This document shows, piece after piece, positions 1-11,262 of a stretch of 64,000 nt of DNA. Under the pieces are notes generated by a model, which worked only from the letters and a program-made list of their open reading frames with translations, was not told the DNA's origin and did no database searches. The first letter of the stretch is position 1, and the number at the start of each line of letters is the position of its first letter. This DNA comes from Mobula birostris (lineage: Eukaryota), in contig NC_092383.1 in the NCBI RefSeq assembly GCF_030028105.1, positions 28,659,796 to 28,723,795 on the forward strand, in the 5' to 3' direction. The position numbers were made by a program, and so were the translations under genes.

Positions 1-2442
1 ACTTTCAACCACTGGACCTACCAAGGGTAATTGCCTTTACCTGTCTTCTAAGCTTGTGAGCCTCACCTGAAGTCCCCTACCCAACCCTCTGGAAGTTAAT
101 AGGATGAGAGGTGATCTCAGTGAGACTTCTCTAGTTAAAATTCTACACCTTTAATGCTCTCTTGGTCTATTTAAATCAAAGAAAATTGCAAATAAGTAGA
201 AACTCTGTGTCCTTGGAGTTTTTTTTTACAATGGATAGTTAATTAATGTTTGGTAGTTATTAACAAGTTCTTTATATCTCATTCAAATGTTAGAATATAC
301 AATGGAATAATTCAGATCAACTTGTTCAGATTAAATTTACCAAATTACTCAGCAAAATTTCTGGCTTAGTGTAAATGTTTTGAGGAATTCATCACTTTCA
401 CTTCTGTGTTTAATTTACTGTACGTGTGCCCAACTCCAATTACTCTCATGCTTGGAGAAGTCTGGTTTGCAATTGTTTTACATAAAGCCTTTGAATTCCA
501 TATACTTTCCTAAGTGAGTGAAAAACTATGCTTCACTAATTGAAAACAGCAAGCACTTTACATAGGCTGCAACATGAAATACAAGAAGACTAATGCCATG
601 GCAACAGACAATACCTCCTGTCAGTAGTTAATTATGTTACATTTAGGCATTTACACCAGCTCAATTTAGCTTGATTTTTCTTCACTTGGAGTACATTACA
701 CTCAATCAGCCAGTTACCTAAGGATTACAGTTATCAGTTTATGTGGTTTATTTGGAGATTAACATTTGACAGAATATTTCATTTAGTGCAGTAAGATTAT
801 GACAAATATATCAGAGTAGTAATAGCTATAAGTTTAGGATGTGATTTCCAATTATTTTCTAACACAATTATATTATTTAATGTTGCTATTTTACACATAT
901 ATGTCTTACTCAAATTCTCATTTTAAAGTGGTGGGGGTCCCAGTCTTGCTGGCGAAGGAGTGCAAGGAAAGAAGAAACTCTTGAATACCCTCTACACAAG
1001 CCCCACTGCATTCCTTGATAAATCATGTGGCTGGATCAATGCTGAAAAATATCAGTAGCATCCCAGTCACATATTAAATGAATTTAGCAGGCTAGGGAAA
1101 TCCAACAATACCAGGCTGCTAATACAGGATTATATGGCTCTGACAAGGTCTTGCACCAATATTGCTCTCATAGGTCTGTAATTACAAATCCATCTGATAA
1201 TTGTGAATGTGCCATATGGCCATGTCAGTGTGCTGTACTCTACCTTCTAAATTCATTCTACTCATCCTCTTTTATACTGTATTTCATCAGTTGCCATCTT
1301 TAAGCAGGACAGGCCTTGAAGATACCACTCACAATAGAAAGATACCTGAGCCAAACAGTGACTTCCCCAATAAATCTAATGTAATTAGCCAGGAGCCAAG
1401 TTTTGGAATTTGCTGTTGAAATTGAACGTCGACTATAGGAAGCTGAACAGTTGTCTGTAGATATTGACATGTAAACTTCTCTGTAGATATTGACATCTAA
1501 ACAAATCAAGGTTTCCAGAGCTGATTGAGGCCTAGTGATCCTTTCTATCCTTCTTAAAGGATAAAATGGTATTTTAAAAGCAATGTAAGTTAAAGTCATT
1601 CACAAATGTCTGCACCTATAATTAATTTCCTTTAGTGAAATATGGTAGTTGAAATACCACAAATCTATGGCAACAGCAAATGGCTTTCAAGTATACTGTA
1701 TATAAGTAAGTTTTAAACAAATCATGCAAATATCTTGTAACTTCAATGAAGTTCTATTTAATGCCTTCAAATATTAACAATGACAACCACATCAAAGCAA
1801 ATAAAGCCAGCAAAAATCATACTTTCTCTTCTTTGAAATATTTTTCAAGATCCATAGGGATCATGATGATGGTTCCATGTGACTGCTGAACCAGCTTGGG
1901 TTGGTAATCAACACAGCGATGGACCCTATGCACAAAGTGTGTCCTGTACGTCTCTGCTACGTTGAGTTTCATCATTTCATATTAATATCCATAATTAGGT
2001 ACCGTACTTATGAATAAAGAAAATGTGCTTCTGAAAAGAAAAGACTGATTTTATTCCTTTCTTCCTCTTGTGCTTCTCTACAAATGTATTAAATACGTGC
2101 AAACTTCAATCACTGAACATGCCAATGAGTTCCACATTCTCATCATCCTCTGAGTAAAGAATACACCTTAGTTCTTTATCATGGTTATTACATTTTTGGA
2201 CACTTTAGAGTGTGAAAACATCTTATCATCTATCATATTGGGTCCCTTCATAATTAAGGATTCTGATCCATCCATCTCCCTTCATTGGTGAGTGTGACAT
2301 GTTCAAACCCATTTTACTCTCAAAGTCTTCATTTGAATGGCTTTAGTTTCCACTTAAAGTTGGTTGTGTCCTATTGCTCCATGACATATTGTTTTATCTA
2401 AATTGTCCAGTTATCCTAGAACTTTTTCTCAACACTTTCCTT

Positions 2443-2700
2443 GGGCTGCACGGTAGTGTAGCAGTTAGCACAATGCTTTACAGTACAAGCAACCCAGGTT
2501 CATTTCCTGTCACTGCCTGTAAGGAGTTTTTACATTCTTCCCGTGGGTTTCCTCCTACAGTCCAATGATGTACCGGTTAGTGGGTTAATTGGTCATGTTG
2601 AATTGTATCATGATTAGGCTAGGATTAAATGGGGGATTGCTCGGCGGCATGGTTCAAAGGGCTGGAAGGGCCAATTCTGGGCTGTATCTCAATAAAAATA
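2443..2700 (+). mobile_element. tRNA-derived V-SINE/HE1-like SINE
   Basis: tRNA-like head with A-box-like GGTAGTGTAGCAGTTAG and B-box-like GGTTCATTTCC; V-domain-like core (GTGGGTTTCCTCC...GGTTAATTGGTC); LINE-derived 3' end GAAGGGCC...CTGTATCTC and A-rich tail. Confidence 0.75.
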
Positions 2701-5700
2701 ATTTTTAAAAAAATAAATATTTTGTAGTATTTAAAAATAATATCCTGTAGTATTTCACTGACAGTCCAGTTCTGTGAGCTGCCATGTTTCAGTTATCCCT
2801 GCTCCATCTGGTTCTTTTTGAGAGATTAAAACGTGACGTATCTCATGGAAAATGTTGATAGATTTTATACATCACCTGGTGTATTTTGCTTTCAGAGTCC
2901 CAGAGGCCGTGAAAATACCAGTGTCTGAGTGAATCTGAGTGATAACAAATCAACTGATGGAACAAGTTCTATACCCTGATCAAAACCAGATTGTGAACTG
3001 AAAGCAAATGCACTACTCTCTACTAAATTAACAAAACCTCTACACTATGGGGTGTCCAGACCTTTGCTCTTCAATGGCTCTATTGATGTGCACAGACATC
3101 TTAAGCACCAGATCTGGATGGATAATGTGTGCCACATCACTGACACTGTCTATTGTGAGGTTTCAGGTCACTGCATGTTACTTTCCATCCATTGAAAACC
3201 TATCAAGATTTGTCTCAGGATGTAGGATGTAAAAGGAAAAACTTCTATTATAGATGCAAATAAGAAAGGGTGTCTACTCTCAGTGCATACTCTGAAAATT
3301 ACCTCATTAAAGTCATGCCCCATGTCCCAATAACATGCATTTATCTCAACCAGCTCACAGTAGTAAACTTTGAAGATCTGACTTGGATCTATCCAGCAAA
3401 AGGATTAACTATAACTGCTTCCAGGCCCATGGTTTGCAGCAAACAATATATGTAAATAAAAGCAGAGATATACTGGGTTATTTAGGCTTTACTGACTAAA
3501 TTACCATAGGCCACAGACAGTCCTGGATTCAATTGGAAACTCTCCAATTTGGCTACTGTTTTAAATTGCATTGAAATCAGTATAATGGATAGCCAATACA
3601 ATTGTATCATTTTGCAATTACTCTCCCAACACTCCCAACCACTATCCATCATCCACTTTCTCTTGAGTTCAAAAATGATCTTCAAAGGTCTGTTTCAGTT
3701 TGTTTTTCCCTCTCTGTCTTTGACAGTCTTTAGGAGATCTTTACACCTACTTTTATGGCCCCACAATATTATTCACTTGATCATCAACATCTGCTTGCAG
3801 TTTTGAGAAAATGTAGTGCACTAACTTTGCTTCGATTTACTGCATCACAATTCATCCAGTTGACTTCATTCCCCAGTATACAGCTGGAGGTAATACTCTG
3901 CTGTTTTTACTTTCTTCCTGGTGGTTCCTATAACATCATTGCAAAGTCAAGGAGTGCTTGCTTTTTGAATTTTAGTTGGAAAGCCTGGGCAACTTTCCAG
4001 CTGCCTCGAGCCAGAAACGGCTTCAGATTCCCTTGCCTCCTCAGTAGTCCACCATCTGCAAAATCCTGGGTGCAACAGCCACATCCCAAACTAATAGCCC
4101 TCATCAGTTATCCATCTTTGCTCTTAATTAAACGTAGCAGAAAATGTTACTAGTACAGGCGTATACTCATAGGAATTCTCACAGAGAATATCTTTCCAAA
4201 AGCTCTGCATAGTTAAAATAAGCCTTTCAGTGCAGTCATTCTCAACTCCCAGTTGTTGCTGTGACCCCACTCACATTGAAGCTTAGGCACTAAAGTGCAG
4301 AAGACCATTGAGCTGATCAAGTCAACCACAGCTCTCTGTAGAGCAATCCAGTCAATCCCATACACAATTCTTTATCCTCAACCCTGTAAGGTAATTTCTC
4401 ACAAGCGTCTATCCTCTTCCCCCTTGTATAGCCTGATTGCTTTTGTGTCAGCTCATTTGCAGGCAGAGAAAATCAGATTATAACTATCCTTTACCTAAAA
4501 AAAACACCTCTTCTTCACATCCTTTGGTTTCTTGTGATTTGCTTTTTGAATTATTTTTGTTCCCAGATCATTTCTGAACTGTATTCGATCGATTGCAAGA
4601 ATGGGGCAAATGTGCACACAGCCAGTTGATTGCACAGTGAATCAATTGGGCCTCTACATGTGGAATGCTTCTTTCTTTTTGCATGGCCTTCTGGGAGCGC
4701 ATATTTTAGACTTAGCAGGTCCAGTTTATTAGCTCCACAATGTAAGTTGCACCATGTAGACTGTGGCAAACGTGATTCAGTTAAAATATTTAATGCTGCT
4801 ACTCCATTGTTATTCTTGCTCTGCACGTGCATAACTTCAATATCCATGAACAGGAATAACTTCTTTCTATGTAATCTCAATATCTATTTCTATTAAATCT
4901 CTGCTCAACTATCTTTACTCTGAGGAGAATGACACCATCTTCTCTAGTCAAAGATTACAGTTAAAATCCCTCAGCCCTGAACTCTTTTCTGCACACTGCA
5001 CATGACCTTCGCATACTTCCTAACGTGTGCTGACCAGAACCCAAAACTCCAGTTATGACTTAACCAGAGTTTCACAAAGTTTCCAAATAACATTTCTGTT
5101 TTTGTCCCTCCTCAAAAAGGCAATAATGAATCAAATAGTTGTTCAGGGCAAACTTGTAGTTTTCAGATTATTACTACTTTTGATTAATTTCCTGTGTTCA
5201 TAAAATACTCTAGTTTATTAACTGAAATTAAATTCCCTAACCATCGTGGTGAGATTCAAATCAAGTTCCTATAGTTATTCTAAGCCTTGGGAACTTCTGC
5301 ATCATTGGAGTGCTAGGTGACTCTGGTAGTACAAATTGTGTTCACAGCTGTTCCACAGCACAAAGAGATGTAGAAATAGACGCAAGGCAACTTGGACTAG
5401 TTTGTACGAGCAACTTCATCCCAAATTAAGCAGATTTTAATTTGCATTAAGAAGGGTGAACCCTCAAATAGAAACATAGAAACGAAAATAGGTGCAGGAG
5501 TAGGCTATTCGGCCCTTTGAGCCTACACCGCCATTCAGTATGATCATGGCCGATCATCCAACTCAGAACCCTGTACCTGCCTTCCCTCCATGCCCCCTGA
5601 TCCCTTTAGCCACAAGGGCCATATCTAACTCCCTCTTAAATATAGCCAGTGAACTGGCCTCAACTGTTTCCTGTGGCAGAGAATTCCACAGATTCACCAC

Positions 5701-6291
5701 TCTCTGTGTGAAGAAGTTTTTCCTAATCTTGGTCCTAAAAGACTTCCCCTTTATCCTGAAACTGTGACCCCTTGTTCTGGACTTCCCCAGTATTGGGAAC
5801 AATCTTCCTGCATCTAGCCTGTCCAATCCCTTTAGGATTTTATGCATTTCAATAAGATCTCCCCTCAATCTTCTAAATTCCAACGAGTATAAGCCTAGTC
5901 GATCCAGTCTTTCATCATATGAAAGTCCTGCCATCCCAGGAATCAATCTGGTGAAACTTCTTTGTACTCCCTCTATGGCAAGAATGTCTCTCCTCAGATT
6001 AGGGGACCAAAACTGCACACAGTACTCCAGGTGTGGTCTAACCAAGGCCTTGTAGAACTGCAGTAGTACCTCCCTGCTCCTGTACTCGAATTCTCTCGCT
6101 ATGAATGCCAGCATACCATTTGCCTTTTTCACCGCCTGCTGTACCTGCATGCCCACTTTTAATGACTGGTGTATAATGACACACAGGTCTTGTTGCATCT
6201 CCCCTTTTCATAATCGGCCACCATTCAGATAATACACATAAAAGTTGCTGGTGAACGCAGCAGGCCAGGCAGCATCTCTAGGAAGAGGTGC

Positions 6292-6327
6292 AGTCGACAT
6301 TTCAGGCCAAGACCCTTCGTCAGGACT
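6292..6327 (-). ncRNA. Minimal hammerhead ribozyme (left-arm copy)
   Basis: Minus strand AGUC-CUGACGA-AGGGUCUUGGCCU-GAAAU-GUC-GACU; one C>U change in stem III relative to the right arm. Confidence 0.75.
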
Positions 6328-6623
6328 AACTGAAGGAAGAGTGAGTAAGGGATTTGAAAGTTGGAGGGGGAGGGGGAGATCCAAAATAATAGGAGAAGAC
6401 AGGAGGGGGAGGGATGGAGCCAAGAGCTGGACAGGTGATAGGCAAAAGGGATACGAGAGGATCATGGAACAGGAGGTCCGGGAAGAAAGACGGGGGGGGG
6501 GGGTAGACCCAGAGGATGGGCAAGGGGTATATTCAGAGGGACAGAGGGAGAAAAAGGAGAGTGACAGAAAGAATGTGTGTATAAAAATAAGTAACAGATG
6601 GGGTACGAGGGGGAGGTGGGGCA

Positions 6624-7173
6624 TTAGCGGAAGTTAGAGAAGTCGATGTTCATGCCATCAGGTTGGAGGCTACCCAGACGGAATATAAGGTGTTGTTCCT
6701 CCAACCTGAGTGTGGCTTCATCTTTACAGTAGAGGAGGCTGTGGATAGACATGTCAGAATGGGAATGGAATGTGGAATTAAAATGTGTGGCCACTGGGAG
6801 ATCCTGCTTTCTCTGGCGGACAGAGCGTAGGTGTTCAGCAAAGTGGTCTCCCAGTCTGCGTCGGGTCTTGCCAATATATAAAAGGCCACATCGGGAGCAC
6901 CGGACGCAGTATATCACCCCAGCCGACTCACAGGTGAAGTGTTGCCTCACCTGGAAGGACTGTTTGGGGCCCTGAATGGTGGTAAGGGAGGAAGTGTAAG
7001 GGCATGTGTAGCACTTGTTCCGCTTACACGGATAAGTGCCAGGAGGGAGATCAGTGGAGAGGGATGGGGGGGGACGAATGGACAAGGGAGTTGCATAGGG
7101 AGCGATCCCTGCGGAATGCAGAGAGTGGGGGGAAGGAAAGATGTGCTTAGTGGTGGGATCCCGTTGGAGGTGG
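6624..7173 (-). pseudogene. GIY-YIG endonuclease C-terminal fragment of PLE (left arm)
   Basis: Translated ORF contains the CxxxxCxxC linker, GVIY...YIG motif and EEQHLIFRLGSLQPDGMN C-terminus; no RT or start. Confidence 0.88.
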
Positions 7174-7175
7174 CC

Positions 7176-7532
7176 ACCATTCAGGGCCCCAAACGGTCCT
7201 TCCAGGTGAGGCAACACTTGACCTGTGAGTCGGCTGGGGTGATATACTGCGTCCGGTGCTCCCGATGTGGCCTTTTATATATTGGCGAGACCCGACGCAG
7301 ACTGGGAGACCGCTTTGCTGAACACCTATGCTCTGTCCGCCAGAGAAAGCAGGATCTCTCAGTGGCCACACATTTTAATTCCACATCCCATTCCCATTCT
7401 GACATGTCTATCCACGGCCTCCTCTACTGTAAAGATGAAGCCACACTCAGATTGGAGGAACAACACCTTATATTCCGTCTGGGTAGCCTCCAACCTGATG
7501 GCATGAACATCGACTTCTCTAACTTCCGCTAA
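7176..7532 (+). pseudogene. GIY-YIG endonuclease C-terminal fragment of PLE (right arm)
   Basis: TIQGPKRSFQVRQHLTCESAGVIYCVRCSRCGLLYIGETRRRLGDRFAEHL...NFR*, near-identical to the left arm. Confidence 0.88.
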
Positions 7533-7825
7533 TGCCCCACTTCCCCCTCGTACCCCATCTGTTACTTATTTTTATACACACATTCTTTCTCTCTCTCTCT
7601 CCTTTTTCTCCCTCTGTCCCTCTGAATATACCCCTTGCCCATCCTCTGGGTCCCCCCCCTTGCCTTTCTTCCCGGACCTCCTGTCCCTTGATCCTCTCTT
7701 ATCCCTTTTGCCTATCACCTGTCCAGCTCTTGGCTCCATCCCTCCCCCTCCTGTCTTCTCCTATCATTTTGGATCTCCCCCTCCCCGTCCAACTTTCAAA
7801 TCCCTTACTCACTCTTCCTTCAGTT

Positions 7826-7860
7826 AGTCCTGATGAAGGTCTCGGCCTGAAACGTCGACT
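7826..7860 (+). ncRNA. Minimal type I hammerhead ribozyme in PLE 3' repeat
   Basis: AGUC-CUGAUGA-AGGUCUCGGCCU-GAAAC-GUC-GACU: intact core boxes, stem II AGG/CCU, palindromic ACGU stem III, stem I AGUC/GACU. Predicted cleavage after C7856. Confidence 0.85.
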
Positions 7861-8337
7861 GCACCTCTTCCTAGAGATGCTGCCTGGCCTGCTGCGTTCA
7901 CCAGTAACTTTTATGTGTGTTGCTTGAATTTCCAGCATCTGCAGAATTCCTGTTGTTTACCATTCAGATAATAATCTGTTTTCCTGTTTTTGCCACCAAA
8001 GTGGATAACCTCACACTTATCCACATTAAATTGCATCTGCCATGAATTTGCCCACTCACCTAACCTATCCAAGTCACCCTGCATCCTCTTAGCATCCTCC
8101 TCACAGCTAACACTGCCGCCCAGCTTCGTGTCATCCACAAACTTGGAGATGCTGCATTTAATTCCCTTATCTAAGTCATTAATACATATTGTAAACAACT
8201 GGGGTCCCAGCACTGAGCCTTGCGGTACCCCACTAGTCACCGCCTGCCGTTCTGAATCCAAATCCAAAGATTTCATCTTGTCTTTGGATTCCTATCTGTA
8301 ATCTGTTCAAGCACGTCTCCCTCAGTACACCATTGTC

Positions 8338-8823
8338 AGAACCAGACTCAGATTTAATATTATCGGCATATGCCGTGAAATTTGTTGTGTTTGTAACAGC
8401 AGTACAATGCAATACATAATAATGAAAAAAATGAATTACAGAGAGTATATATGTGTTAAATAGTTAAATTAAATACGTAGCACAAAAATAGAAGTAAACA
8501 GGTAGTGAGGTACCTGGATTCAATGGATTCAATATCCATTCAGAAATTAGATGACAGGGGGGACGAAGCTGTTCCTGAATTATTGAATGTGTGCCTTCAA
8601 ACTCCTGTATCCACTCCCTGACATTAGCATTGACAGTAAGGCATGACCTGGGTGATGAGGGCTCTTAATGATGGATGCCACCTTTTGAAGTCATTGCTCC
8701 TTGAAGATGATCTAAACACTACAGATGCTATTGCCTTTGACGGAGCTGACTAAGTTTACAACTCTCTGCAGCTTATTTCAATCCAATGCAGTAGCCACCC
8801 CCCCCCCATACCACACAGTTATG
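8338..8823 (-). mobile_element. Rex1/Babar-type LINE 3' fragment
   Basis: Short-repeat tail at the left end and GAAGCTGTTCCTGAA...CTCCTGTA..CCTGA block shared with the other Rex-like copies in the window. Confidence 0.6.
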
Positions 8824-9094
8824 GTATCAACTGTACCATACAGAATAAACACTAACCAATCTGTCCAAGTCTTTTGCTATGAAGTTCTAGAGAAAGTTTT
8901 GAACAATGCTTCACAGCTGTTAATGATAACATGAGGTTTGTTATATATGATATTCTTTCTGAGAAAGAGAATTTATGGAGCAGCATCTCATCAGATAAAT
9001 CCAGGATTTCATTAGAAGATGACAAAATCATTCAATTTGCAAAATGACTCCAAAGTAATTCAATTTTTGCCATATTGTCATCATTGAATTTCTT

Positions 9095-9502
9095 TCTTTT
9101 GCCCGTGACGTCACATGTGTTTAGAGCAGAAGTGGAGGTCCTCCATCTCTGACGCCATTAATGGAGTCCTTCATCGTGTCAGTAGCTTCCACTCAGTTTA
9201 CTGTCAGTCATGCAAGTCCAGGTTGGAAACTCAGGAACACTTTCTCACTCAGATGTAGAAGGTTTCTTCATTGCTGTTTCCGTAACATTTCTTTTGAACA
9301 GTCAGGGTTGTTAGCCCTGAGCTGAACCCTCGAACCTGGAGGATTCCACTCTTAGTCTGCCCTTCTACCCTTTGAGCTGCTTGGCATGGGTGACCTTACC
9401 AAGAACCAAAGCTAAAGCCCTGACTCCAGCCAGCATAGCTCTTCATGTCATTGAGGCATGCAAGCCTCCAAACCATGACAATGTTGTAGTCCTCTTGGAG
9501 GC
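9095..9502 (-). mobile_element. Short non-autonomous RTE-derived element (RTE-like 5' end fused to 3' end)
   Basis: Minus strand starts GCCTCCAAGAGGACTACAACATTGTCATGGTTTGGAGGCTTGCATGCCTCAATGAC..AGAGCTATG, resembling RTE/BovB 5' ends, and ends CAGAGATGGAGGACC...CTAAAC, resembling RTE 3' ends. No ORF. Confidence 0.55.
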
Positions 9503-10981
9503 ATTATTGAATGCTCAAAAGCACCTGTTCCATTTTAAGACGAAACATGGAGACATCAAATCAGATTCAATCATAAAATGAACAGCCCATCGAGACTGCA
9601 CTAACTATCTATGCAAACCTTATGCTAATGCTGTTTATTATCATTATATTCTCATCTACTTTCTTTAGAATTTATCAACACTGATATATTTGGGCAAATT
9701 TACAGTAACCAATTAAACCACCAATCTATACATCTCTGGGCTGTGGGAAGAAACCAGTCTGGATTGTGAACAAGTTATCCAAGTGTTTGCCGACTTACAT
9801 TACTAAATTTTTTTCTTTTTACATATTATTTTTCATGATCTGGGCATTACCAGCATGGCTAAACTCCAATATTCCAGCATGATTGGGAACTGGTGCTGGA
9901 CAGACAAATTCTCCAGACTATTGGATGTCATTTCTAGCAATACCTCAAAACCATTTTTAATTTACTTTTTTTCAGATACTGCATAATATGCATTGTAATA
10001 AATTTTCCAGTAAAACAGTTCAAAGGGAGTTCAGGAACTAGGGAGTAGAAAGGGAGAGAAGGAACCAGGGGCACTGTGAAAGGAAGTGTGAGAACGTGGT
10101 ACCGGAGAATAGAAAGTGGGCACAGGAATAGTTCAGGATGGTGGCAGGGAGGGGTTAGATCAATTTTAAAGTGGTTTACAATGTCAGCACAACGTTGTGG
10201 GCTGAAGGACCTGTACTGTGCTTTAATGTTCTATGTTCTATGTAGGCATCACCTGATGAGCTAAATGATGAACCATCAGGATACCCAAACAGTCAGGTTA
10301 TTGCAGTGTTCCTGCTTTGCTTCTTCTTTAATGCCCTTGAAAATGTGGTGGTGAGCCACCATCTTGAACCATTACCATCCTGAAAGCAGAAAGAGAGATC
10401 AATGGTTCATGGGAAGCAGGGTTACTGCTTTAGCCTTCAGGATTACTGGGGTTTCTCAAATCAGCATAAGATCCATTACATTTAATTTTTTCCATAATTA
10501 GAGGTTATTGTCTTTATTACCACGACACTAAGTCTGAACCCAGTCCTTAATGTTGCTGCAACAAACATTTCATGTAAAGCAGTACATTGCTAGATCACCA
10601 ACAAGTTCTATCAACTCAATTAAAAGGAGATGATGGGAAAGAGATAATGAAGGGTTAAAATCTGCTATAACATACCCTAATGTGCTCAATAATGAGATTG
10701 AATTACACTTGCATTAGTCGTTAAACTCCTTTGCATATCTAAAGGATGATTATTGAGTAACTGCCAATACAAATACAAGTGAGGGACACAGCTGCACTGT
10801 CAAATGTGAAGTAGGTCCACATGTACCTAAAATGCTTTTGAATTAGTTTCAGTTCACATGTCTATTTTAATACTCTAGGTATTAGACTAATGGCTTTTCT
10901 TCCTTCTGATTGACCATATTTTACTTGCTACAAAGACTGTAGTTTTCTTTCTTTAAAGCAACAGCTCTTAGCCAGCATGGC

Positions 10982-11262
10982 TGAGATTTTACATGGAGGT
11001 CCCGTCTGCCACTCAAATTGATATAACTGATCCCACGGCAGTATTTTGAAGAAAAAATGAAGAGTTCTTCCAGTGCCCTGACTAATTGTTGTCATTCAAC
11101 CAACAAAGATTATCTGGTTATTATCATGTTGTTATTTGTGTGAATTTGCTGTGTTCAAAATGGCTGCTGTGTTTCCAACATTACGACAATGAATATATTT
11201 TATTTAATGCCCACAAAGGTTTTTGAGACGTCTTGACTCCATGACGTGCATTGGAAATGTGT
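10982..11262 (+). mobile_element. DeuSINE (SacSINE1/AmnSINE-like) fragment with Deu domain
   Basis: GAGGTCCCGTCTGCC...GATCCCACGGCA.TATTTTGAAGAA...GATTATCTGGTTATTATCA..TTG...TTGCTGTG..CAAAATGGCTGC matches my recollection of the Deu-domain consensus. Confidence 0.7.

Larger units (their letters stand above)
6235..7958. mobile_element. Penelope-like element (Neptune-type GIY-YIG 3' part), two 5'-truncated copies joined head-to-head
   Basis: GIY-YIG motif VIYCVRCSRCGLLYIGETRRRL..RFAEH on both strands (6624-7217 -, ~7176-7532 +), Cys-rich linker PGTYPCKRNKCYTCPY, and mirrored 3' UTRs. TSD ACCATTCAGATAATA at 6220-6234 and 7959-7973. Confidence 0.92.
5468..8256 (-). mobile_element. 5'-truncated CR1 LINE (RT C-terminus + 3' UTR), split by a Penelope-like insertion at 6235-7958
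   Basis: ORFs 7911-8276(-) (GVPQGSVLGPQLF, KFVDDTKL) and 5563-6198(-) (LVRPHLEYCVQFWSP, FFTQRVVNLWNSLP). (ATAGAAAC)n tail at the left end. The two halves are collinear with the intact copy at 48.4-49.5 kb. Confidence 0.95.

Noticed and set aside
1454-1502. 26-bp-period tandem duplication TCTGTAGATATTGACAT
   Set aside because: Ordinary slippage duplication with no further structure.
6939-7532. 197-aa ORF and its mirror (6624-7217 -) as full genes
   Set aside because: Their N-termini are antisense reads of the opposite arm across the palindrome junction; only the GIY-YIG part is real coding remnant.
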